Assembly (NCBI GenBank): GCA_963754925.1
Contig: CAVWHX010000004.1
Coordinates: 288,001 to 352,000, forward strand
Direction of reading: 5' to 3'
Origin: an uncultured delta proteobacterium
GTDB lineage: Bacteria; Myxococcota; B64-G9
DNA length: 64,000 nucleotides
A model generated the notes under the pieces. That model saw only the letters and a program-made list of their open reading frames with translations, searched no databases and was not told the DNA's origin. Position 1 is the first letter of the stretch, and each line of letters starts with the position of its first letter. Position numbers and translations under genes: made by a program. Below, piece after piece: positions 53,502 through 63,766 of the stretch.

Positions 53502-55645
53502 GCTGATACCTCCATCAATTGAAAATCAATCTGGCGCCGGCCGAGGTCAACGTTCTTCACCCGCACCGTCACGGTCATGCCCACCCGAAATTCCGTTCCG
53601 GTATGGGAACCAATTAACGCGAGCCGCTCCTCGGTGAAGCGATAGTAATCATCGGACAACTGGGCGACGTGCACCAGGCCTTCGATCCCGGAGGGCTCGA
53701 TACGTACGAAAAACCCAAATTCGGTTACGTACACGATGCTCCCGACAAACTCCTCACCGAGGTGGCGCTCGAGGTAGGCAGCGTGGTAGAGCACCGTAGC
53801 CTCGCGCTCCGCCTCCATTGCCCGCCGCTCGGCATTCGAACAGCTCGCGGCCATTGCGGAGGCCCGTTCGGCATTCACCGGGAAGCTGCCTACCCGGGGC
53901 GGCTCTTCGTCAAGAACTAACCCCTCGTGCCCGCTGCCGTCTACCAACGCTCCGATCTGGCGGTGGACCATCAGGTCAGGATAGCGGCGGATCGGCGAGG
54001 TGAAGTGGACGTAGCAGGTCGCACCCAAACCAAAATGACTCTCGCGGACGGTGCTGTAGCGGGCCTGCATCAGGCTTCGCAGGAACAATTGTTGCAGCAC
54101 GCCCCGGGTCGGTTTTCCTGACAGGCTCTCGAGGTAGGCGGCCAGTTGGTTGGCGGTAGGATTCTCTCCAAAGGAGACGGGAGCTCCCAAGGCGGCGGCG
54201 ATCGCGGCAAATGCGCGCATACGCTCCGGATCAGGGGCCGGATGAACACGAAAGAGGGTCGGCGCTCCTGAGCGCCACAACACGTGGCCGACCGCTTCGT
54301 TGGCGGCGATCATGCTCGCCTCGATAAGGCGGTGAGAAAAGAGGCGAACCGTCGGTGCGATCTGGATCGGCTGTCCGCCGTTATCTAAAACGATCTCAGA
54401 CTCGGGCAGGTCCAGGTCCAGACTGCCCCGGTCGGCCATGCTTGCAAGCAGGCCCTGCGCGCAATCAGCAAGCCCGAAAAGCATTTCACGGATTCCCCGC
54501 GGTACCGCGAGGTCGACTGCGCCATCCAACAGCGCCTGAACCTGTTCATAGGTCAGTCGCAGGGCGCTCCGGATCAGGCTGCGATAAATTCTTCCCCCGC
54601 GTAGCCGGCCCTGCCGATCGAGCAACAGCTCGACCGTCAGCGTGGCTTTATCCTTTCCCGACGAAAGGCTGCAGACATCCTCGCTCAACGCGGCCGGCAG
54701 CATCGGGAAACACGCACCGGGAAGATATACGCTGGTTCCGCGCTGCAGCGCCTCGCTATCGATAGCGTCGCCGTCTTTCACAAAGCTCGCCACATCGGCA
54801 ATCGAAACCAATAACCGAAATCCGTCGGCTCGGCGCTCGAGAGCAACGGCATCGTCGAAGTCCTTCGCGTCCCCGGGATCGATAGTCACGTGCAAAACCG
54901 AGCGCAGATCGTGTCGCCGACTGGCATTGCGGTCGGATACCGAACGAGCCTCGTTTAACACGGGCGGTGAAAACGAAGCGCTGAGCGAATTGAGAAAGAG
55001 CAAGCGCGCGCGCTCGGCGGGCAGTTGCCCGGCGACGCCGAGCACTTCGAGTATCCTTCCCCGGGGACGGGAACGGGGGAGCGGGTCCTCAACCTGAACA
55101 ACCACCATCTCACCATCGTTAACCTGGGTAGCTTCCTGGAGATTCACCGTGATCGGACCAACAAGCTCCACCTCCTCCGGAAGGACGAACTGGCCGCGCC
55201 CCTGCCGGTGAAAGGTCCCCAGTATCGGCAAGCGCCCGCGGGCAAGGATTTCGATTACCCGGCCCTCCGGCTGGTTCAGCCGGTTGCGACGCAACGCCAC
55301 GGCGCGCACCCGATCGCCTAGTAATGCTCCGCCACGATCCTCGGCGCGCAGCCGTAGCAAAACCTCGCCGTGAGCGCCCTGTACCGAGGCCCCGCCGCGC
55401 TTCTCGCGCGCGAGCAGCCCCTCGATCGCTGTCTGGTTACTCGCCAAACCGTAGCGTCCTCGCCCAGAAGCCACCACGCGTCCTTCGCGCACCAATCCCT
55501 GGAGCACGCGTCGCAAGCGACGGCGCGAGTCGTTGGTGATCCCCACGATGCGCACCAACTGGGGGATGCTGACGACAACGCCGGGTCGTTCTTCAAGGTG
55601 GTGGAGGACAATACCGGCGAGTTCTTGATCGGATCGGGCACTCAC
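53498..55645 (-). CDS. rnr: Ribonuclease R (RNB family)
   Basis: TIDPGDAKDFDDA, RGTSVY, HFGL, HFTSPIRRYPDL and a C-terminal S1 domain. Confidence 0.93.
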   Translation of the reverse strand: MSARSDQELAGIVLHHLEERPGVVVSIPQLVRIVGITNDSRRRLRRVLQGLVREGRVVASGRGRYGLASNQTAIEGLLAREKRGGASVQGAHGEVLLRLRAEDRGGALLGDRVRAVALRRNRLNQPEGRVIEILARGRLPILGTFHRQGRGQFVLPEEVELVGPITVNLQEATQVNDGEMVVVQVEDPLPRSRPRGRILEVLGVAGQLPAERARLLFLNSLSASFSPPVLNEARSVSDRNASRRHDLRSVLHVTIDPGDAKDFDDAVALERRADGFRLLVSIADVASFVKDGDAIDSEALQRGTSVYLPGACFPMLPAALSEDVCSLSSGKDKATLTVELLLDRQGRLRGGRIYRSLIRSALRLTYEQVQALLDGAVDLAVPRGIREMLFGLADCAQGLLASMADRGSLDLDLPESEIVLDNGGQPIQIAPTVRLFSHRLIEASMIAANEAVGHVLWRSGAPTLFRVHPAPDPERMRAFAAIAAALGAPVSFGENPTANQLAAYLESLSGKPTRGVLQQLFLRSLMQARYSTVRESHFGLGATCYVHFTSPIRRYPDLMVHRQIGALVDGSGHEGLVLDEEPPRVGSFPVNAERASAMAASCSNAERRAMEAEREATVLYHAAYLERHLGEEFVGSIVYVTEFGFFVRIEPSGIEGLVHVAQLSDDYYRFTEERLALIGSHTGTEFRVGMTVTVRVKNVDLGRRQIDFQLMEVSA

Positions 55646-55667
55646 GCCACAACACCCATCGCATTCC

Positions 55668-56576
55668 TTACTTGCCGGGATACCGTTTCAGAATCTCACG
55701 GACCGCTGCTGCATCAGGGCCTTCCGGCGCAAGCTTAAGATAATTCCTATACGAGGTCGCCGCCAACGAGCCATCTCCCAAGACAGCGTAACAAGTTCCG
55801 AGCGCCCGGTGCGGATGCGGATAATCGGGATCTTCCCGCAATGCCTGTTGGTATTCGGCGATTGCCTCGGTGAATCTGCCCAGGTGCGCGAACCGGTTAC
55901 CGCGGCTGTAGTGAAAGGCGGCTTTCGGCTTGGCCGGATAATCGGATGGAACCGGCGCGGCTATCATCTCCACCGTCGCGTCAGCCATCGGAAACAATAT
56001 GGTTTGCGGATTCTCGTAGACAAACAAACGCCACACCAACGCCGCCAACCCGACCACCAGGGCTCCCAACCCAAAAGCCAGCGGCGGCGGCCAGCCCAAG
56101 GTTCTTAAGAGCAGTGACCGTTGCACGCGCGGTTGGACCAGTTCAACTGTTTGAACACGCTCGGCCACCGAAACTGATTGACTCTTTCTTGGTATCTCTT
56201 GTTCTGGCGGTAACTCCACCACCTCGTGCGTCGCACTGTCGGATGGCAGCTTCGCTGGCGCGGCAAGAAAACCTTGCACAATATCATCCAGCTGAGGCAC
56301 CTCGGCTGGTGGGGCCTGCGCGGTACTCTCCGCCAACTCGCCCGATGATGCGTCACCACCGGCAGCCAGCTCGATCTTCTCGGTCGGTTCGGGCGCGACT
56401 TGGTCTGTCCCGCCGACACCCGGTTGTTCGTCGGCCTCGCGCCGGATGAAGTCAGGCATGTCTTCGGCCTTAAAGCCGCCTTGTACCCAGCGTTCAACGG
56501 CCGTTGCCCAATCATCGGAAGAGGAAGGCGGCTTGGATCGATCATCGGCCGCGTCTGGTTCCTTGTCGTCTTTCAA
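55668..56576 (-). CDS. Membrane-anchored TPR protein
   Basis: Acidic N-terminal region, one TM segment, C-terminal TPRs similar in style to those of 1..1758. Confidence 0.75.
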   Translation of the reverse strand: MKDDKEPDAADDRSKPPSSSDDWATAVERWVQGGFKAEDMPDFIRREADEQPGVGGTDQVAPEPTEKIELAAGGDASSGELAESTAQAPPAEVPQLDDIVQGFLAAPAKLPSDSATHEVVELPPEQEIPRKSQSVSVAERVQTVELVQPRVQRSLLLRTLGWPPPLAFGLGALVVGLAALVWRLFVYENPQTILFPMADATVEMIAAPVPSDYPAKPKAAFHYSRGNRFAHLGRFTEAIAEYQQALREDPDYPHPHRALGTCYAVLGDGSLAATSYRNYLKLAPEGPDAAAVREILKRYPGK

Positions 56577-56642
56577 AAGCTACCTCGAGGGCAGGAGACT
56601 GTCGCCAAGCAAAGCGAGGCATACAGTCTCTTGTCCTGTGGG

Positions 56643-57488
56643 CTAGAAGTTCTCATCCTCGGCAGCGCCCCAATCATCGCCGCTTGACGCCTTCTTTTTT
56701 TGGTCGTCAGATCCTTTGGCCGGCAGACTACTCTCAGGAGCACTAACCGTTTCTTTCTTGCTTTCTCCCGGCTGGACCTGCTTCTTGGCCGCGGGAACCA
56801 CACTCGGCGTCTTCTCTTTACTCTTGTCGCTTACTGGTTCCAAATTGATTTGTTGCTGCTCGGTCACCGGTGGTTTGGCCTCGTTGGCGCTTTTAGCAGC
56901 CTCTTTGGCTTCCATCTCCTTGCGTTTTCTCTTCAGATCACCGGTGGATTCCCAGGGAATCGACTCATTGGCCTGTTTAGCCTTATCGGGAAAGAGGTTT
57001 TTCTCTTTATTGGGGCTCTTTTTCTTGAGCACTTCCAGCGCAAATAGGTTACGTATAAATTCATCGGTTTCTCTTTCGACTTCCGCTCGGTTGTTTTCTT
57101 GAATTATCAGAAAATACTCACGGAAGTTGGCTTGATTGCTTTTGATGGTCTCGATATCTTGATCGCTGAGGGCGTCCTCGCGCGCCCCATCCTCACCCTT
57201 GAAATCGCCCCCTTCGTGGGAACGGTAGATGTAACCGATCTGCATGTCGCGGTCGAACCCATCGACCTGAAATTCAATTCCCGCTCGTTGCAACCGCATG
57301 TTGGATACAAACTTGATTCCATAGGGCGCGAACTTAGTTGCTATCAACCGCTCGGCCTCGGCCTCGGACAACACGTTCGGCCGCGCCCGATTGGAACCGG
57401 TCTGCGAATGAATATAGCACCCCGCAACCCCTGCCCCGCCTCCCATTATTCCGACGCATACGATTAGGCTCACCAGACCGCGTTGCAT
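56643..57488 (-). CDS. Hypothetical lipoprotein with a charged C-terminal tail
   Basis: AGGAGG RBS and lipobox VAGC. Confidence 0.7.
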   Translation of the reverse strand: MQRGLVSLIVCVGIMGGGAGVAGCYIHSQTGSNRARPNVLSEAEAERLIATKFAPYGIKFVSNMRLQRAGIEFQVDGFDRDMQIGYIYRSHEGGDFKGEDGAREDALSDQDIETIKSNQANFREYFLIIQENNRAEVERETDEFIRNLFALEVLKKKSPNKEKNLFPDKAKQANESIPWESTGDLKRKRKEMEAKEAAKSANEAKPPVTEQQQINLEPVSDKSKEKTPSVVPAAKKQVQPGESKKETVSAPESSLPAKGSDDQKKKASSGDDWGAAEDENF

Positions 57489-57672
57489 ACAGAACCTCCT
57501 TGGCATCTAAATCACACCGATTGTTCCTTCCGTTATGCGGCCGCCGGCTGCTCTCGATCAACATTTTCTCATAATCTAATTATAGTAGCTAGTTATCGCC
57601 TTGGAAGTTAAAATTTAGTTAATAATGCGCGCTGGGTGACGCAGCCAAGCCGCACGGCTGAGCAGGGGGCCC

Positions 57673-57725
57673 TTAGAGACTGTTACCTCACGAAAGTGAG
57701 GGTTACAGTCTCTTATCCTTTAGGG
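57673..57725. repeat. Palindromic dispersed element, family A, copy 2
   Basis: AGAGACTGTTACCTCAC-GAAA-GTGAGGGTTACAGTCTCT, enclosed by GGGCCCT...AGGGCCC. Confidence 0.65.
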
Positions 57726-57829
57726 CCCGCCAAACGGGGCCGCATCTCGCTTCGCTCGATGGATAAGAGTCCGTAAGCCTTTCTTCGCTTGGCAACAAGC
57801 TCTATGATGCGGGTGGATCATAGATTCTT

Positions 57830-57875
57830 CCCTCACCCGGCGCTCTGCGCCACCCTCTCCCGAAATGGGAGAGGG
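57830..57875. repeat. REP-like palindromic element, family B
   Basis: CCCTCACCCGGCGC...GCGCCACCCTCTCCC-GAAAT-GGGAGAGGG. Confidence 0.7.
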
Positions 57876-57954
57876 TAAAAAAGAATACTCTTTCGTTGGC
57901 GCCTTCCGATCGAGTATGGTAAAGCGTAACAAATTGAAAGCGCAGGAGGATGTC

Positions 57955-59262
57955 ATGATCCCCCGTTACACCCGACCCGAGATGGGCCACATCTGGACCG
58001 ATGAAAACAGGCTGCAGATTTGGATGGAAGTTGAGCTTCTGGCCTGTGAGGCAATGGCGGCAGAGGGATTGGTTCCGCCCGAGGTTCCCCGTTTGCTGCG
58101 GTCGCGGAGTTGGAAAATCACGGCCAACGACGTGGCCGCGGTAGCCCGCATCGAGGAGGAAACCCGTCACGACGTGATCGCCTTCCTTACGCACCTCGAG
58201 CGCACGATGGGATCCGAGGCGCGCTATCTACACCTCGGCATGACCAGCTCGGACGTGCTCGACACCGCTTTCGGAGTGCAGCTCGACCAGGCCTGCATGT
58301 TGCTCCAACAAGACCTCGAGGGGTTGCGCTCGGTGGTCCGCGAGATGGCTATGGCGCAGCGCCACACCGTTATGGTCGGGCGCACCCACGGCATTCATGC
58401 CGAGCCGATTACCTTCGGGCTGGTGCTGGCGCTGTGGCATCAGGAATTGGGCCGGCAGGCCGAACGGCTTGCGGCCGCGCGGCGCACGGTGGCGGTCGGC
58501 AAATGTTCCGGCGCGGTGGGGACCTTCGCCCACCTTCCACCCGCCGTCGAGAAGTACGTGTGCGAGAAGTTGGGGCTTACCCCCGAGCCGATATCGAACC
58601 AGGTCGTCCAGCGCGATCGCCACGCCGAGCTTTTTTGCACGCTCGCCAACCTGGGGGCGACCATTGAAAAGATAGCGGTCAATCTCCGCCATCTCCAGCG
58701 CACCGAGGTAGGCGAGGTGGCCGAGCCGTTCGGCCAGGGTCAGCGCGGCTCGTCGGCAATGCCGCACAAGAAAAATCCGATCGGCCTCGAGAACCTCACC
58801 GGGTTGTCGAGGCTGCTGCGTTCGTACGCCCAGGCGGCGCTGGAGAACGTCGCGCTCTGGCACGAGCGCGACATCTCGCACTCTTCGGTGGAGCGGGTGA
58901 TCGCCCCGGACGCGACCATTCTCGCCAACTACGCTCTGACGCGATTGACCCGTATCTGCCGCGGGCTCACGGTCGATCCGGCGCGCATGCAAAAGAACCT
59001 CGATCTCACCGGCGGTCTGGTTTTTAGCCAGACCGTGCTGCTGAAGCTGGTTCAGGCCGGGTCGACCCGGGAGCGCGCCTACGAGTTGGTGCAAAAGCAC
59101 GCGCTCGCGGCCAGCACCGGAGGCCGGCCGCTCAAGGAGGCCTTGCTCGCGGATCCGGAGATCGTCCAACGTATCGGTAGGGCGGAGATTGAAGCGGCCT
59201 TTGATCTGGCGCCGTTGCTCGCGCGCACCGATGAGATCTTCGCCCGAGTGTTTGGTTCATAG
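57955..59262 (+). CDS. purB: Adenylosuccinate lyase
   Basis: MIPRY, HDVIAF, HLGMTSSD, GRTHGIHAEP, GSSAMPHKKNP and WHERDISHSSVER motifs; AGGAGG RBS. Confidence 0.97.
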   Translation: MIPRYTRPEMGHIWTDENRLQIWMEVELLACEAMAAEGLVPPEVPRLLRSRSWKITANDVAAVARIEEETRHDVIAFLTHLERTMGSEARYLHLGMTSSDVLDTAFGVQLDQACMLLQQDLEGLRSVVREMAMAQRHTVMVGRTHGIHAEPITFGLVLALWHQELGRQAERLAAARRTVAVGKCSGAVGTFAHLPPAVEKYVCEKLGLTPEPISNQVVQRDRHAELFCTLANLGATIEKIAVNLRHLQRTEVGEVAEPFGQGQRGSSAMPHKKNPIGLENLTGLSRLLRSYAQAALENVALWHERDISHSSVERVIAPDATILANYALTRLTRICRGLTVDPARMQKNLDLTGGLVFSQTVLLKLVQAGSTRERAYELVQKHALAASTGGRPLKEALLADPEIVQRIGRAEIEAAFDLAPLLARTDEIFARVFGS

Positions 59263-59292
59263 ATTTTTGGTGCCAACTTTTGGAAGAATAAA

Positions 59293-60124
59293 ATGTCGCC
59301 AACGGGCATCAGCAGAACGGCTTTCGGAGCGGCGTATATGCGAGCCGCGCATTTATTACTCGATAAGGCGCCGCACATCTTAGAGGATGACGTTGCATTA
59401 AAACTAATTGGATCACATGGAACCGAATTAATCAAACAACAACATGAAGAATTCAACAAGGGGCACTATCTTCATTTGAGATCGCATGTTCTCTTACGCG
59501 CACGATATGCGGAAGATCGTTTGATGAAGTCATTGGAAAGGGGTATCAAACAATATATTGTCTTGGGTGCCGGGCTGGATACGTTCTGTTATAGGCAACC
59601 TGCATGGGCAAATGTTTTGAGAATTTTTTAAAGTTGACATGTTGGAAACCCAAAAAACAAAAATAAAACTGTTGGAACAAAATAATATTCGGCCTCCGGA
59701 TAACGTGGTCTATATAACAATCGATTTTGAAAAAGATTCGCTCAAAGAGGTTTTGATTAATTGTGGAGTCAATTTTGACACACCGACGTTCATCTCATGG
59801 TTGGGCGTGACCATGTATTTGGATACCGAATCAATAGATGCCGTATTAAAGGTCGTCAAGACCTTCCCAAGGAAGAGCGAGATTGTTTTTTCGTATGCGG
59901 AAAAAAGAGACAAAAAATCGATTTTTGAAATGAAATCCAATGAACTTGGGGAAACCTGGAAAAGCCTTTTTTCCCAGCGTGAAATCGAAGAGCTGCTATC
60001 GTCGAACAATTTTTCTGAGATATTCCCGCTGGATCGTCGTGAATATAATAGGTTGTATTTCAATCAGAGAATTGATGGCTTACCAGAGCCTAACTATAAT
60101 CGCATTTTTTCTGCGCTCGTGTGA
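59293..60124 (+). CDS. SAM-dependent methyltransferase (LCM family); extra T at ~59628
   Basis: SRTAFGAAYMRAAH, RARYAED, QYIVLGAGLDT and WLGVTMYL. The two ORFs join as RIF-KVD-M. Confidence 0.85.
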
Positions 60125-60159
60125 ATGGCTTAACAACAAGCTCGAGGATCGAGGCACCC

Positions 60160-60768
60160 ATGAAAATATCGGTCGTCCTTGCGCATCCCGATCAAAAGAG
60201 CTTCAACTATGCTATTGCGGCCGCGGCTATCGAGCGACTCGAAAAAAACGGTCACGAGGTCTCTTTCCATGACTTGTACCGCGAGGAATTTAGTCCCCTG
60301 CTCGTGGCGGAAGAACTCCCTCAGGATGCCGCTTTGCCGGTGTCAATAAGATCTCATTGCGAAGAAATCGGGCAAGCGCAGGGCATTGTCGTCGTTCATC
60401 CAAACTGGTGGGGTCAACCCCCCGCGATTCTGAAGGGGTGGATCGACAGGGTGCTTAGGCCGGGAATTGCCTACGAGTTTATGGAAGGAGATTCGGGAGA
60501 AGGCATACCGAAAGGTCTTCTCAAGGCCACAGCGGCGGTAGTTTTCAATACCTCCAATACCGAGCCTGCACGAGAGGAAAGTGTTTTCGGAGATCCCCTT
60601 GAAACAATTTGGCGGAATTGCGTTTTCGGATTATGCGGTGTGAACAATTTTTACCGCCGGACGTTCAGCGTCGTCGTCACCAGTACGGAAGGCCAAAGGA
60701 AAAAATGGCTCGATGAGGTACGGGTGACCATTGACAAGTTCTTTCCGAAAAATACCAAAAGGAATTAA
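60160..60768 (+). CDS. Flavodoxin-fold NAD(P)H-dependent oxidoreductase
   Basis: AHPDQKSFN, HDLY and HPNWWGQPPAILKGWIDRV motifs. Confidence 0.92.
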   Translation: MKISVVLAHPDQKSFNYAIAAAAIERLEKNGHEVSFHDLYREEFSPLLVAEELPQDAALPVSIRSHCEEIGQAQGIVVVHPNWWGQPPAILKGWIDRVLRPGIAYEFMEGDSGEGIPKGLLKATAAVVFNTSNTEPAREESVFGDPLETIWRNCVFGLCGVNNFYRRTFSVVVTSTEGQRKKWLDEVRVTIDKFFPKNTKRN

Positions 60769-60789
60769 TGAGAGCAATGCAATAACGAG

Positions 60790-60818
60790 TTGACAGAAAC
60801 AAAAGTCTTCCTTACTAT
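60790..60818 (+). promoter_or_regulatory. sigma70 promoter of the toxin-antitoxin operon
   Basis: TTGACA-17 bp-TACTAT, 30 bp before the toxin ATG. Confidence 0.7.
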
Positions 60819-60847
60819 ATAAGAGTGAATGCAATAGGCACACAAGC

Positions 60848-61126
60848 ATGAAATACTTCGACTGGAATGATGAGAAAAATGAAATGCTCAAGAAAACACG
60901 CGGTGTGTCATTTGAGCAAGTTGAATTGGCAATTGCCTCAGGAGATTTGGTCGACCGGATTAAACATCACAATCCGGCAAAATATCCGAGCCAAAAAGTG
61001 TTTTTGGTAAGGATCGAAGATTATATTTACTCAGTACCGTACGTTGAGGATAACGAAAGAATTTTTTTAAAAACAATAATACCGAACAGCAAGGCAACAA
61101 AAAGGTATTTTAGAGGTGACAAATGA
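60848..61126 (+). CDS. BrnT-like toxin
   Basis: FDWNDEKNEMLKKTRGVSFE...FLKTIIPNSKATK; toxin-first arrangement. Confidence 0.82.
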   Translation: MKYFDWNDEKNEMLKKTRGVSFEQVELAIASGDLVDRIKHHNPAKYPSQKVFLVRIEDYIYSVPYVEDNERIFLKTIIPNSKATKRYFRGDK

Positions 61127-61419
61127 AGAGGGCAGCGTATTTAGACAAAGAAGAAGCGAAATTAGCAGAATCAATTGCAAAGGAAGAATGGGTCTCTGAC
61201 CTATCCAAAAAAGAAAAGAAGCAATACGAGGAATATGCCCGCTATAGCCTGAATAAACAGAAACGAATCAATATTCGTATGACTGAAAGAGACTTGAAGA
61301 AAATTCGAGCGAAAGCAATTGAGGAGGGAATACCGTATCAATCCCTTATCTCGATGTTAATTCATAAATACAATGAGGGGAAAGTATCGATTAATAATTA
61401 CACAGAAACTATAGAATAA
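61123..61419 (+). CDS. BrnA/CopG-like antitoxin
   Basis: KRINIRM...IRAKAIEEGIPYQSLISMLIHKY; ATGA overlap with the toxin gene. Confidence 0.82.
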   Translation: MKRAAYLDKEEAKLAESIAKEEWVSDLSKKEKKQYEEYARYSLNKQKRINIRMTERDLKKIRAKAIEEGIPYQSLISMLIHKYNEGKVSINNYTETIE

Positions 61420-61459
61420 CTTGTTATGAGTTATAGGCAAGCGTTGCCGTACGTGTCAC

Positions 61460-62635
61460 ATGCGAAAGCTCATTCGAACACTACATGCGCATCAGGTTCC
61501 AAAGGAGTTCTCCCGCAAAGATTGGGATGCTGCAACACGTGCTATGTTTGAGCCCTACTTTCGCCGCAAGCAACAACTAAACAAGAACATCGGCTTGTTT
61601 CACATTGAACTCAGAAACCTTGCTCGTATCGCGCTATTCCCTGAATATCTAGACCTTTTATCGTGGTGCCTACGACTGCATCGTCGCGTTCTCAAGCTGG
61701 ATCGGCATAACGCTTACGAGAATATGATCAAACTATTCGACAACATGCTCGTATCGGACGAGCGCTGGCTAAACATGTTTGAGACTTCAACTCCTCTTGA
61801 GGCCGGAGCGGCAACTCACGATCGCGTCTACCAACTCTTTTCAACTATCGATGGTGTTGCCGAAGGCTGCTTCAAGCCGCAACTTCAAATCATCTTTGCC
61901 TTCGCCAAACGGGATATAGGCGGGGGCTGGCCGAACAATGTCGCTCAACTTGACTTCGGAGCACTCGTCAAAGAGTTTCCGAACGTCCTAAAGTGTCAGG
62001 TGCCATTACTCTTGGCTGACCCTGACTTGGCTATTCCCATTAATCAGTGGCGCAACATAGCTGCGCATAAGACATTTGCCATGGTCGGCCCCCAGACCAT
62101 CGAGATCACCTACGGGAGGGGCAACGTTCACTCCCAGCATCTTGGCCAACATCGGCTGCAACGGATCTGGTACTGGCTTCTTCGAACTCACGCAGCCGTT
62201 AGGCTTGCAAACACTATCATCTTTATCGAGCATATGCCTGAGCTGTATGTGATCGGACTTCCTTCGGTGAAACAGCGTCTGTCTTCAACGATCATACATA
62301 TTAGCCACGACCTATCCACCGTGGGATTTGAGACTGTTGGGTGGAAGACCGTGAAGCGAGATGGTATTCTTTCTGTTAGGGATTGCTTAGGACGTTCCCC
62401 ACAGGAAGCCCTTATTCATGCATCACAGATGCTTGATCAGCTTAGTATTGGAATACTAAACGACCCAACAACACGGAATAGGCTGTATCGAGCAAGAATC
62501 GCCTTAATTCTGCCAGATGGGAGCCTTTTTGGCAGTGCATGCGTGCCGGTTCCAGCGGCAGATGCGTTCACTCGGGGTAAGATTACCCTTTCTGAATATT
62601 TAGATAACGTCCAATGGTCGCTGGAACGCCGCTAA
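61460..62635 (+). CDS. Hypothetical protein with a HEPN-like R-x4-H motif
   Basis: 391-aa ORF, helical N-terminal half, WRNIAAH preceded by LDFGALV. Confidence 0.6.
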   Translation: MRKLIRTLHAHQVPKEFSRKDWDAATRAMFEPYFRRKQQLNKNIGLFHIELRNLARIALFPEYLDLLSWCLRLHRRVLKLDRHNAYENMIKLFDNMLVSDERWLNMFETSTPLEAGAATHDRVYQLFSTIDGVAEGCFKPQLQIIFAFAKRDIGGGWPNNVAQLDFGALVKEFPNVLKCQVPLLLADPDLAIPINQWRNIAAHKTFAMVGPQTIEITYGRGNVHSQHLGQHRLQRIWYWLLRTHAAVRLANTIIFIEHMPELYVIGLPSVKQRLSSTIIHISHDLSTVGFETVGWKTVKRDGILSVRDCLGRSPQEALIHASQMLDQLSIGILNDPTTRNRLYRARIALILPDGSLFGSACVPVPAADAFTRGKITLSEYLDNVQWSLERR

Positions 62636-62707
62636 AATGACGCTTAGCTTTTCCATCGAGGTGAGTACCCCAAAGAGACGCGAAAGAAATGAGATACGAA
62701 GCGAACT

Positions 62708-62974
62708 TCAACTCAAATATCTTTTCAGGATTTCCTTCGAATTCGTTAGCTGACCACCATAATTTTCCATCCACTTGGGAGCATTGTTGGGAGTAAATGA
62801 TAACCAAGCTGTATCCTTACCTGTAGCTCCTCTATGTTGTGGCACAATACCGTCTTGAAGATTCCACCGATATAAAACTTCCTTCTTGGGAAGAAGCCAA
62901 CAATGGGCATCCAGAGGACTCAGACCAAAACAGAGAATAAAGTCATAATTCTGGTCGCGCAGTTGCTGGAATGT
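62708..62974 (-). pseudogene. 3' fragment of a restriction-endonuclease-like gene, cut by an IS
   Basis: TFQQLRDQNYDFILCFGLSP...; the apparent MGGTT start is encoded by the IS terminal repeat. Confidence 0.55.
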
Positions 62975-62989
62975 TGTAGTGCCCCCCAT

Positions 62990-63766
62990 TTAGCAAGCCT
63001 TTTGTAAGAGAGTCTCGTGGCCAATGTGGTCCTGCTCGAATCGTACCGGTGATTGGTATCCAAGCGTTGAATGTAAATAGCTGTTGTTGTATTCATCAAG
63101 CCAGGAATTCAAGGCTTCAAAGAAAACGCTTGGACTCTTCCACTCACGAAGCCATACCAGTTCCTCCTTCAGCGTCCGCATGAACCGTTCCGTATCGGCG
63201 TTGCCTTTGGGGTTGTTATAACTCGTAAATGATTGTCTGATTCCCATGACAGCACATGCTTCCATAAACCCCACCGAGGTGGGTTGACAGCCATTGTCAG
63301 ACATCAAATGCAGTTCATGTCCCCGAACTCCATCAGGAAATTGCCGATTCACGCCCTGGTTCAATGCCGCCAGCCAATGCCAGGCCTTCGACTGAACTCC
63401 CGCATAATGCCCCGTGACCTTCTTGGAATACCAGTCGAGGACAATAACCACATAGACCCAACCAAATCCATCGATCATGACCTTGGTCATATCGATGCCC
63501 CACCATTGGTTGCACCGAACAGGGCGCGGTTTGCTGGTATGTGCTCGTCGCGTTGCTTTCAGTTTCAGATTGGGCATTACCAGAAGTTTGTGCTCTTTCA
63601 TCAACCGATGAACACGCTTCTGGTTAATCTCGAATCCATCGATGTATTTCAAATGGGCCCAGACCCGACGATACCCCCAAAAAGGATGGTCGGCCTTTAT
63701 CGTACGAATCCGGCGAACCACGGGAGCGTTACGCCGGTTCACCTTTTGGTAGGGTCCGCGGCTCAT
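62990..63766 (-). CDS. IS3 transposase OrfB
   Basis: WGYRR, WGIDMT, SDNGCQ, ERFMRTLKEE and HSTLGYQSP motifs. Confidence 0.92.
   Translation of the reverse strand: MSRGPYQKVNRRNAPVVRRIRTIKADHPFWGYRRVWAHLKYIDGFEINQKRVHRLMKEHKLLVMPNLKLKATRRAHTSKPRPVRCNQWWGIDMTKVMIDGFGWVYVVIVLDWYSKKVTGHYAGVQSKAWHWLAALNQGVNRQFPDGVRGHELHLMSDNGCQPTSVGFMEACAVMGIRQSFTSYNNPKGNADTERFMRTLKEELVWLREWKSPSVFFEALNSWLDEYNNSYLHSTLGYQSPVRFEQDHIGHETLLQKAC

Noticed and set aside
58228..59169. Long antisense ORFs (e.g. 313 aa opposite purB, 293 aa opposite the PPIases)
   Set aside because: Shadow ORFs expected in GC-rich coding DNA, with no motifs of their own.
61415..61460. Integron attC site between the antitoxin and the HEPN-like gene
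   Set aside because: TAAC...GTT words are present, but the interval is too short and lacks a convincing paired structure; no integrase is in the window.
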